Assembly (NCBI GenBank): GCA_964619725.1
Contig: CAZUFC010000111.1
Coordinates: 1-25,933 of the forward strand
Source of the DNA: an uncultured bacterium
GTDB lineage: Bacteria; CSSED10-310; CAZUFC01
Reading direction: 5' to 3'
Length of the DNA: 25,933 bases
In this document: piece by piece, positions 16,242 through 24,490 of the stretch
Position numbering within the stretch: position 1 is the first letter of the stretch
Layout: the number at the start of each line of letters is the position of its first letter
Notes under the pieces: generated by a model
Told to the model about the DNA's origin: nothing
The model's database searches: none
Seen by the model: only the letters and a program-made list of their open reading frames with translations
Translations under genes and position numbers: made by a program

Positions 16242-16376
16242 AAATAATTCGCCTGGCTCATCACACATTGTCTCATTTCTTGCATTCGTCTTTCAGTATT
16301 GAGAAACCATCGCCGTCAGCTCATCACGATTTTTATGGTTGACAATTCTTCGGGAAAAATGAAAATTATGATTACT

Positions 16377-18380
16377 ATGAGTGATGAAACCAAAGAAAAC
16401 AAAAAAATGGAAGCAGGAAAAAAAGACAACAAAAAAAGCAGAAAATTCAGGATCGCAATGATCATAGCGTTTTGCGCCGTTCTTTCCTTGGGATTCGCTT
16501 TTTATCTTGAGCTGGCCAAACGGGACCCGAGCAACTGGCCGAAAGATGTTTTTTTCAAAAATACCGAAGACTTGTTGGGCAAAAAGAAAACCGCAAAAGT
16601 GCACGATATTGTTGAAACAGGCTTTGAAAGATTTCCGGGGCGCAACGAATACATGGCGCGACTCTATTTTCTGGACGGTAGAGCTTACAGATTGGACGGT
16701 GAGCTGGAAAAGGCCCTGGAGCAATATGAAAAAGGATTGGCGGTAGAGGACGTGTTGGACCATATCAAAATTCCACTTCAGCAGGGAATTGTTGAAGTAT
16801 TGCGACTCAAAAGAGAGTATGAGGATGCATTCGAGAGATTGAAAACATACTTTGAAGAAATCAAAGATAATAATAACAAGCTGTGGGTATTTCACACCGC
16901 ATCGAATCTCATCAGGGAAACACGACGTTTTGAGCACATGGAATATTTTATTTCAAAGGGCAAGGAATATTTTGAAAACGATCCTGCGAAGTTGAAGGAA
17001 GTCAGAAGAATCGAAATGGACCTGGAGGTTTTATCAGGTCAGACTGAGCGGTTGCCTGATGATTTCGACGAAGATACTGCAGAAGCGCCGGCACATTCGG
17101 AAAAGGCTGAAGTTATCCTTAATCTTTTGCAATCGCTGGTGGAGAAGGATAATTTCAATGCCACCCGCGAAGCCGCGGATAAACTCAAAAACCTGAAGGA
17201 TTTGAATCCTGAGGAGCGTGGAAATTATTATATCCGGGCTGCTGACATATTCAAGGCTGCCGGTTTGCGCGAGGAAGCCGTCGACATGTATCGTCATATG
17301 ATAGACGAAGAAAACGTTTCCCGGCATTTCATCGCCAGAGCTTACCTGGAGTATGCAAATCAAGCTCGCGAGAGAAATGATTTTTCTACGGCTTTGGAAT
17401 ACTTCAAAAAAGCTGAGGATAAATTCAGCGATTTTCCTCAGTTTTCAGAGGAAGCGATGGGTCAGCGGGCCGTAACCCATCGTATTATGAATCAGCTTGA
17501 CCAGGCTCTGGAAATTCTTGAAAAGCTGATCGACGAAACGTCCGAATCCCGGCGGATCGTCTGGGCGCAAACCATAATGTCGGAAATATATCGACAGAAA
17601 GGCGAGACCGGCAAGGCTAAATCCATACTTGAAAAAATCATTCGGTCTTCCGGCGATAAAATAGACGTGAAAAACAGCGCCCGTTCCGGACTGGCCAATA
17701 TCTACAAGGCGGAAAAACAGTATGATAAGGCTTTGGAGCTGTTCGACGCTATATACGAAGAAGCGACGGATCGCTACAGAAAAGCCTGGGCTTTGGAATT
17801 GAAAGCCGTTCTCTTTAAGGAACGCGGTAAATTTGAGGACGCTGAAAAAGTGTATTCTCAAATCATCGAAGAATTCTCCGATCTATCCTCAATTCACACC
17901 AGAATTCAATTGGATCGCATTTATATGCTCCGAATGATGGGGAAAAACCAGGAAGCCGTAAAAGAATATCAAAAACTCAAGGAAACGACCCAAAGACCCG
18001 ATGAAGGCACGATGGTCTATGAAGCGCTGGCGAACACCTATCAGGGTCAGGGCAATTTTGAAAAAGCGCTTGAAGTTTTCACTGAAATCGAAGAGCAATG
18101 GCCCGGCAACAGGAAAGCGCGCCTGACTTCTTACCGCGGCCGAGCACTGGCTCTTAAAGGTATGAACCGCAATGAAGAAGCAGCACAGGAATTTGAAAAG
18201 CTGTTGAAACTTCAGCCTGACCCTTATATTAAAAGACTGGCTTTGATGAATCTGGCTGAACTTTATTGCGGACTACAGAAGCAGGAAAAAGCGAAAGAAT
18301 TCTATGACCGGTTAAAACAGGAAGCGCCTAATTCCGCCGAAGTCGGAAGGGTTCGGAACGCCTGCGGCTTTCAGGAGTAA
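16377..18380 (+). CDS. Membrane-anchored TPR protein (basic N-terminus, single TM helix); start uncertain
   Basis: KKDNKKSRKFR followed by IAMIIAFCAVLSLGFAFYL, then TPR units such as GLANIYKAEKQYDKALELFD and ALANTYQGQGNFEKALEVF. Several in-frame ATGs lie at 16335-16407. Confidence 0.85.
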   Translation: MSDETKENKKMEAGKKDNKKSRKFRIAMIIAFCAVLSLGFAFYLELAKRDPSNWPKDVFFKNTEDLLGKKKTAKVHDIVETGFERFPGRNEYMARLYFLDGRAYRLDGELEKALEQYEKGLAVEDVLDHIKIPLQQGIVEVLRLKREYEDAFERLKTYFEEIKDNNNKLWVFHTASNLIRETRRFEHMEYFISKGKEYFENDPAKLKEVRRIEMDLEVLSGQTERLPDDFDEDTAEAPAHSEKAEVILNLLQSLVEKDNFNATREAADKLKNLKDLNPEERGNYYIRAADIFKAAGLREEAVDMYRHMIDEENVSRHFIARAYLEYANQARERNDFSTALEYFKKAEDKFSDFPQFSEEAMGQRAVTHRIMNQLDQALEILEKLIDETSESRRIVWAQTIMSEIYRQKGETGKAKSILEKIIRSSGDKIDVKNSARSGLANIYKAEKQYDKALELFDAIYEEATDRYRKAWALELKAVLFKERGKFEDAEKVYSQIIEEFSDLSSIHTRIQLDRIYMLRMMGKNQEAVKEYQKLKETTQRPDEGTMVYEALANTYQGQGNFEKALEVFTEIEEQWPGNRKARLTSYRGRALALKGMNRNEEAAQEFEKLLKLQPDPYIKRLALMNLAELYCGLQKQEKAKEFYDRLKQEAPNSAEVGRVRNACGFQE

Positions 18381-18437
18381 CGCCTGCCCGCAAAATCCTC
18401 TTGAACGGCATATCCATTGACTGGCAGACAGACGCTG
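18381..18437. repeat. Intergenic palindromic element, copy 3 (degenerate; GCCTGCC-N38-GACAGAC)
   Basis: Starts immediately after the TPR stop. Aligns by hand to the reverse complement of 20871-20922 at about 43 of 57 columns. Confidence 0.7.
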
Positions 18438-18520
18438 CGGTTTCTGTGCCCACTGATGATTTTCGGCATTAGGATAACAGCAACAGATCATTGTTTTTAA
18501 AGCAAAAAACGTTAAATCGA

Positions 18521-20719
18521 TTATGAAGCGCCGCTTGTCTTGCAGAAACGTTTAAGGATGCTTCTCATGCTTAAATAGGAGTCAATATTATAATTCGCGG
18601 AGGTGGGTTTCCATCCTACCTTCAGCGAATAAGCGAATTCCGGCAGCGAGTTGAAAAGTTCTTCATCTGTCCACTCGTCTCCTGCTGCCAGAATAAAATC
18701 CCAATTTTCGCTGACGAGCCAGGAAGCTGCAGCCGCTCCCTTGTTGATGCTCGGATTCTTAATTTCCAGTCGCTTGCTGCCTTCCAATATTCCTAAATCC
18801 TGATGTGCTGTAAGCGCCAGGAGCGCTTCTTTCAGTTCGGCCGTTCTAACTGAGGCGAGTTTCGGATCAGCCTTCTGATATTGAAAAACCAGCGAGAATT
18901 CCTTTTCCTCAACGGTGGAACCGGGAGTGCGGTCAGCGTGCAATTGCACTATATTCCTCAATTCTCTTTTCCAGTTTTTATCCAGGTTTTTTAGAATTTT
19001 CCAATCATTACCTTTCTTTTTTATCCAGGCGCCGTTTTCAGCGATAAACGAGAGGTCAAAACCGGAAAACCAGTCTTCCAGCGTGGACCTTTGTCTTCCG
19101 CTGATTAAAATAATTTCGTTTTTCTCATCTTGCGTAAGCATCTGTAGAATATCAGTCAATTCTTTGTCCGGTCGCGCTTGTTTCAGAGTCCTGTTCGAGG
19201 GTATCAGGGTACCTTCGTAATCAAGCATCAGCAAACGTCTCTTCGATTCAGTATAATGCGTCACAAATTCCTCTTTCACTTCACGGGACAATTTTTTCCG
19301 ATAACGTTGCTGTTGTCTCTCCTTGACGTTAGATAGCCCCAGCATAAACTCATTAGCCCAACGCCCCACGTCATATCGCTCCAGTCGCTCCCGCATAGCC
19401 CCCATCTGTTTTTTCTGGACTTTAATACTACTTTCTAAGGCCCTCTTGATCGCGTTCGCAGTTTCATTCAAATTATTCGGATTCACGATATACGCTTCAC
19501 CGAGTTCTTTGGCGGCTCCGGTCATTTCGCTCAATATCAGACTTCCGCTGCCGTCGGTTTTTGCAGCGACATACTCTTTCGCAATCAGATTCATACCGTC
19601 GCGAATCGGAGTGACGAGCGCAACATCGCTGATGTTGTAGAATGCCGACAAAATGTGGAAGGGAAATGACCTGTAGAAATAACGCACGGGAATCCAGTTG
19701 ACCATCCCATGTTTCCCGTTAATGTATCCTATCAGCTCATCCAATTGCCTCTTTAACTCCCTGTAAGCCCCCACATTTGTCCTGGAAGGCACCGCAATCG
19801 CTAATAAACTCACCTTGCCCCTGAACTGAGGATTATTGTCCAGGAAATAATCAAACGCATGTAATCGATGCAATATTCCCTTAGTGTAATCCAAGCGATC
19901 AACCGATAAAATGATCTTCTGGTCCGGCATATCACGCAAAAGCCTTTTTATCTCTCTTTTAACCTCAGGCGATTGAGGCGCATTGGAAAATTTGGCGAAA
20001 TCTATGCCCATGGGATATGCATCCGCCTTTACGATCCGATCCTCCACTGAAATATAACCTAATGAATGTTCATATCCGCATATGTTCCTCACGCTCTCCA
20101 GAAAATGCTGCACATAATCGTAAGTGTGGAATCCGATAAGATCAGCGCCCAGCATCCCCTGCAACAACTCCTTCCGCCACGGCAGCAATCGAAATATCTC
20201 GTAAGAAGGAAAAGGTATATGAAGAAAAAAACCCAGGGGCGCGTTGGGAAAATTCTTTCTGACTAATTCGGGCAGAAGGAACAAGTGGTAATCATGAATC
20301 CAGATCGTATCCTCATCGCCGGCTCTCTCTGATAAAATATCACTGAATACTTTGTTCACCGATTTGTAATGACCCCATTGACTGTCGTCATATTGAGCAT
20401 AGTCTGAAAAATAATGAAATAAGGGCCAGAGAGTCTTATTGCTGAAACCGTAATAATATTGCTGTATTTGCCGACGGGACAGAAATACTGAATGACAGTT
20501 GTAATCCTTTTCCAACGTATCGCTCACGACGCATCTTTCATCCTTCTTTAAATTGTCCGTCGGCATCCCGCACCAGCCTATCCAGACACTGGTAAACTTG
20601 TCGTGAAACGATTTTAACCCTGTCGCCAATCCGCCTTCACTGAATTTATAATTGAGTTTCGACTTCCGTTTCGATACGGTGACCGGCAAACGGTTGGAAA
20701 CTAATAAAAGTCTTTTCAT
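18521..20719 (-). CDS. otsAB: Bifunctional trehalose-6-phosphate synthase (GT20) / phosphatase (HAD) fusion
   Basis: LLLVSNRLP, GGLATGL, WIHDYHL, FFLHIPFP, VDRLDYTKG, RDGMNLIAKEY, LSEMTGAA; C-terminal HAD domain (LDYEGTL, ISGR, NKG, GDEWTDE). Start placed at MKRLLLVSNR. Confidence 0.95.
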   Translation of the reverse strand: MKRLLLVSNRLPVTVSKRKSKLNYKFSEGGLATGLKSFHDKFTSVWIGWCGMPTDNLKKDERCVVSDTLEKDYNCHSVFLSRRQIQQYYYGFSNKTLWPLFHYFSDYAQYDDSQWGHYKSVNKVFSDILSERAGDEDTIWIHDYHLFLLPELVRKNFPNAPLGFFLHIPFPSYEIFRLLPWRKELLQGMLGADLIGFHTYDYVQHFLESVRNICGYEHSLGYISVEDRIVKADAYPMGIDFAKFSNAPQSPEVKREIKRLLRDMPDQKIILSVDRLDYTKGILHRLHAFDYFLDNNPQFRGKVSLLAIAVPSRTNVGAYRELKRQLDELIGYINGKHGMVNWIPVRYFYRSFPFHILSAFYNISDVALVTPIRDGMNLIAKEYVAAKTDGSGSLILSEMTGAAKELGEAYIVNPNNLNETANAIKRALESSIKVQKKQMGAMRERLERYDVGRWANEFMLGLSNVKERQQQRYRKKLSREVKEEFVTHYTESKRRLLMLDYEGTLIPSNRTLKQARPDKELTDILQMLTQDEKNEIILISGRQRSTLEDWFSGFDLSFIAENGAWIKKKGNDWKILKNLDKNWKRELRNIVQLHADRTPGSTVEEKEFSLVFQYQKADPKLASVRTAELKEALLALTAHQDLGILEGSKRLEIKNPSINKGAAAASWLVSENWDFILAAGDEWTDEELFNSLPEFAYSLKVGWKPTSANYNIDSYLSMRSILKRFCKTSGAS

Positions 20720-20865
20720 CTCTCCTTCTTTCTGTTTTACTTTTTCCATCTTCGATTTCTTCAATTTCGAGTCATCCTCGCTTTTAATGAGCTGATGAGG
20801 AAATCTCACCAAGTGTATCAATTTAAGCGTATCAGAACATTGACGATTTTTCAAAAAGCCTGACG

Positions 20866-20930
20866 CTCGTCATCGTCTGTCCGCCGGCGGATATTCCATT
20901 GAAAATGATTTGCGGACAGGCGATGAGGAG
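20866..20930. repeat. Intergenic palindromic element, copy 4 (19-bp arms; core GTCTGTC-N33-GACAGGC)
   Basis: CTCGTCATCGTCTGTCCGC (20866-20884) and GCGGACAGGCGATGAGGAG (20912-20930) pair at 17 of 19 positions. Confidence 0.8.
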
Positions 20931-20955
20931 TTATCATCAACCGGCTTAGCCGACC

Positions 20956-23900
20956 TTATCCCTCAGGGACATACTTGATTATTTTGCCTTCAAAACTCAG
21001 GAAGAACACTTGTCCTGATGCATCGATCTCCAGGTCGCGCCCCAGCGGAAGGTCGGGCGGTTCGAACAATCCCTTGCGGTCAGTTTTTCCTTTTTCCAGC
21101 AGAAGCTTGTTATCCAGCGAGAAAGTCCTTATCCAATGCGTTCTGAGGGCGCTGAAGTACAAACGTCCCTGCTTGTCGATACGCAACATGGGATTATCTT
21201 CCCGTTCAATATTTTCCATGCCGCCGACAACATTACCGTTCATGTCGAATATATGTATTCTTTCCCAGGACCCGTCATGAAAATAAACCCTGTTTCGAGC
21301 CGGATCAACAGCCATAGCCATCGGGTCCATCCCTTTCATCTTTTCATGAACATTAGGAAACAGCGGCCTGAATCCCTCGTCGGTCCATTTAAACGGAGCG
21401 TAACTTAATAACGCGTAAAGTTCACCCTCGAAAGTCGAATAAAAATAATGCAGATGGCCGGGAAGCTGCCTTACCGTCTTTTTTAGTTTTCCCGACTCAT
21501 CGTATATCCTCAAAACCTGTTCATGCGCCGGCACGGTAAAAACCTCTCCCTGCCTCGTCACTTTGAACAAAAACGGATAGTTACGCTCCCACGTTATCGG
21601 CTGTGGCGTCGTCCAGGAACCAATTTCCGGTTTTAACGGATGCCAGGCTCTCTCGAATTTAAAATCAGCGTCGTATTTCGCGATTGTAACTCGTTCGCTG
21701 TCGGAAACATAAATCGAACCGTCCGGACCGATCTCCAGAAATGTCGGCTTTATCGGCTCGTCAGTAAACGGCGACGGCAATTCAGGCGTCTCCTCCAGTC
21801 GAAAAGACAGGTCCGTCAATTCAATGGGTACGGCTTTAAATGGGTCGTCTCTCGGAGCAAAAGGAGTGAAAAACACGGCAGGCATTTTCATCCTGACGCC
21901 TACGAAAGGGAATTCAATTTGTAACGTATTGCAATTCTTTATTACTTCTGCACGAACCTGAATCGAATGGAATCCTTTCATCAAAAACCTCGCACGGCTC
22001 TCCTGCATCCGGGGATCGGACTTATTCAAAATCTCATTATCGTCAATATATAAAGCGCACGGGGTATCTCCTTTTGTCGTAAACCGGTATACGTTCGATT
22101 CGGGAGCAAACCAACTGCCTGTCCATAACACAGTGTAAGGTTTGGTCAACTGTATTTCGGACCATTGAGCCGTCGGCTTGATCCGCTTGGATTCCAATAG
22201 CGGCCGATTAAACGCAGGTTCTCCCCTGAATATCGTTTCCTTCAAACCCTGGGCAGCTTCTATGTCGTCATGGGGAATAAAAACCGTATAAAACATAGGC
22301 TGATCTTCCTTATTATAATGGGTAATCAAACGGCTTGAAGGATGATACTCGGAAAAAAGCGGTAGATATCGTTCAAATTCAGGTTTCTCTCTTATGGAAT
22401 ATAAAACGTTCTTTTCCGTTTCATAATGAATGGGAATGTTGTCCTGAGGATTGATCGTCTGGAGTTTGTATTGATTGTCGTCGATTTTATTGGAGTGCTT
22501 ATAGTAGTAGAGCAATTCCTGGTATTCTCCCAGATGCGTCATAAAAACCGTGAAATAACGACCGTTGGCCCTCACGAATTCTTGCCTCTGGTATTCCGGG
22601 CAGTCAGGATGTTCGAAAACGTTGTAGGTGCGAGTAAAAAACCTGTGAATGCCGAATCCGGATACGGTTAAAAGCGCAATAGTTACGAACAGCGCTTGCA
22701 TCGCTTTTCCGGTTTTGACGGGACGGTAAAAAATCATAGTCGCCAAACTCATCAGCGCGTTGCCGGCGAAAATGTAGAGCAACGGTTGAGTGACTCCCAG
22801 GCGCCTTGGAACCGGGTCCGATATAATGACCGGCAGAAACGATATGAGGAACCACAAGAGCAGGAACAGGTGCACTTTTTTTCTTTTTGAGAAAAAGGAA
22901 TTGAAGATGCTCATGCCGAGTCCGAACAGATATAGAACAGCCGTGAAAGGCAGCAACAGCGGCCCGTCGTCCCAGTAAGCCATATCGCCCCTGAATCGAT
23001 AATTGAAAAAACCCACTAGTTGACTTAAATACTCGCCCAGATCGCTCTTGTGACGATACATCTTGAAACTGTGTTCCTGGGCCGACACGAAATGATAAAT
23101 AAAAGCATTGATGTCCCACATCAGAGGAGTCATAACCACGATTGTGAATACGATCCAGTAAAGGATCATCTTATACCAGTTGAAACGCAGGAATTTTTTC
23201 TGACCGACGCTCCATAGGAACATCCCGCCTAACATAATGACGGGAACAACCCTGTAAGACGGAAAAGTATACATGCCCAGACCGCCGAAAAAACCCGCCA
23301 GTATCCAGCTTCCCGCCGTCTCCTTCTGAACGGCCCGAACGAACAGCCAGACTGCCAGAACCGTAAAAAGCGGCACGAAATTGAATCGCTCCGATATCCT
23401 GTTCATGGCCAGCAGCCACGGACTTATTCCAAACAGAAACATCCCCGCCAGCGCCTTTCGTGAATTGAACAATCTCTGCATCAGAAAAAACAGGAAAAAA
23501 ATCGCTAGTATCCCGCTCATTATGGATACGAACTTCAACGCCATCGGATTCTGGCCGAACAGCAGAATGGTCAAAACTTCACAATATATATACAGGGTTT
23601 CTCGCTCGCCCCAGTGACGGATAAAAGGCTTGTAAGGCGTTATACCGGTCAGAAAATCCATCGCCCATTGACCCTTGAATGCCTCATCAATCGTGCTGTC
23701 ACGACTGAAACAATACCGTTGCTCGAAATCGTCGATCCGATAAAACCGAAGTAGGGACGTCAATACGCTTATCAGTATGAATAATGTAAATACTTTCTTC
23801 TTATCCAAAAGTGAAACCCGTCTGCGCACAGGCGTATCATCTTTGGGACGAACCAGGATTAAATAGAGCGCCGGACCGCCGAGCAACAACGCTAAACCAG

Positions 23901-24198
23901 GCGCCCTATGCTTCCTCAGGATAAATTGACCGATCAAACTCGCTGCAAGAAACTGCAGACTAAAAAATGAGCGCACAGGTCGTTTGCTCGTGAAAATTAC
24001 CAGCGCAGAACAGAAAAAATCAGCGATCAAAAGCCAGAATGCCGTCGTGCCCAGATACCGATGAAAAGTTACCAGTACCTGATGAAGCTGCGAAATCCTG
24101 TAATTAAAAAAATGATCGGCAAAAGCCGCTGCCGCAAAACTCAGAAAAATCAAGCCCAACAAAAACCGAACGGCCATCTTTAAGATTTTGAATTTCAT
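20956..24198 (-). CDS. ArnT/PMT-family (GT-C) membrane glycosyltransferase fused to a PA14 domain and an NHL-like beta-propeller
   Basis: LLRFYRI...IDEAFKG, LFGQNPMALKFVS, ISPWLLAMNR, GLGMYTFPS; PA14-like YTVLWTGSWFAPESNVYRF...LYIDD...LMKGFHSIQV; propeller blades IGPDGSIYVSD, MAVDP..RVYFHD, LEIDASGQVF. AAGGA RBS. Confidence 0.85.
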   Translation of the reverse strand: MKFKILKMAVRFLLGLIFLSFAAAAFADHFFNYRISQLHQVLVTFHRYLGTTAFWLLIADFFCSALVIFTSKRPVRSFFSLQFLAASLIGQFILRKHRAPGLALLLGGPALYLILVRPKDDTPVRRRVSLLDKKKVFTLFILISVLTSLLRFYRIDDFEQRYCFSRDSTIDEAFKGQWAMDFLTGITPYKPFIRHWGERETLYIYCEVLTILLFGQNPMALKFVSIMSGILAIFFLFFLMQRLFNSRKALAGMFLFGISPWLLAMNRISERFNFVPLFTVLAVWLFVRAVQKETAGSWILAGFFGGLGMYTFPSYRVVPVIMLGGMFLWSVGQKKFLRFNWYKMILYWIVFTIVVMTPLMWDINAFIYHFVSAQEHSFKMYRHKSDLGEYLSQLVGFFNYRFRGDMAYWDDGPLLLPFTAVLYLFGLGMSIFNSFFSKRKKVHLFLLLWFLISFLPVIISDPVPRRLGVTQPLLYIFAGNALMSLATMIFYRPVKTGKAMQALFVTIALLTVSGFGIHRFFTRTYNVFEHPDCPEYQRQEFVRANGRYFTVFMTHLGEYQELLYYYKHSNKIDDNQYKLQTINPQDNIPIHYETEKNVLYSIREKPEFERYLPLFSEYHPSSRLITHYNKEDQPMFYTVFIPHDDIEAAQGLKETIFRGEPAFNRPLLESKRIKPTAQWSEIQLTKPYTVLWTGSWFAPESNVYRFTTKGDTPCALYIDDNEILNKSDPRMQESRARFLMKGFHSIQVRAEVIKNCNTLQIEFPFVGVRMKMPAVFFTPFAPRDDPFKAVPIELTDLSFRLEETPELPSPFTDEPIKPTFLEIGPDGSIYVSDSERVTIAKYDADFKFERAWHPLKPEIGSWTTPQPITWERNYPFLFKVTRQGEVFTVPAHEQVLRIYDESGKLKKTVRQLPGHLHYFYSTFEGELYALLSYAPFKWTDEGFRPLFPNVHEKMKGMDPMAMAVDPARNRVYFHDGSWERIHIFDMNGNVVGGMENIEREDNPMLRIDKQGRLYFSALRTHWIRTFSLDNKLLLEKGKTDRKGLFEPPDLPLGRDLEIDASGQVFFLSFEGKIIKYVPEG

Positions 24199-24490
24199 GG
24201 ATTATTCCTTACTTCACTTCGGATGAAATCGGAGCGAGCAGGTTCCGTCGTTCCTGCAATGCCCGTTAAACAAAAAATACTGATTTTTAAAGAAAGATCA
24301 AGAACAAGATGAATGGAATCGATGATATGCTTTTATTAAGAACGGAAAAGCCGCATTCCGGGCTGATGAATATGTGAAAACTATGAAGAATCAGCCTTTT
24401 CTGAACCTGAAACTTCTGTTTTCCTTGAATGTTATTGAAGTCCGGAGCACATTACAACAGAAGCGTATTTGGGGGCGATAATTCAATCAT

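Noticed and set aside
16159-16376. Short minus-strand ORFs upstream of the operon (MSLDGILKMLTGRIFSSSHM*, MCDEPGELFLTP*) as precursor peptides
   Set aside because: No RBS, they overlap the predicted promoter and palindromes, and they have no recognisable leader motif.
16293-16937. 214-aa minus-strand ORF and other long shadow ORFs (372-935, 4401-4856, 5673-6206, 22604-23119)
   Set aside because: They overlap well-supported genes and have no recognisable motifs.
1598-20930. Integron attC interpretation of the palindromic elements
   Set aside because: No RYYYAAC/GTTRRRY ends, no integrase in the window, and flanking genes are not co-oriented cassettes.
24343-24400. Hairpins CGGAA/TTCCG and GGCTGAT-N22-ATCAGCC-TTTT after the MFS gene
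   Set aside because: Short stems, the T-tract of the larger hairpin is on the strand opposite the MFS gene, and neither matches the GCCTGTC element.
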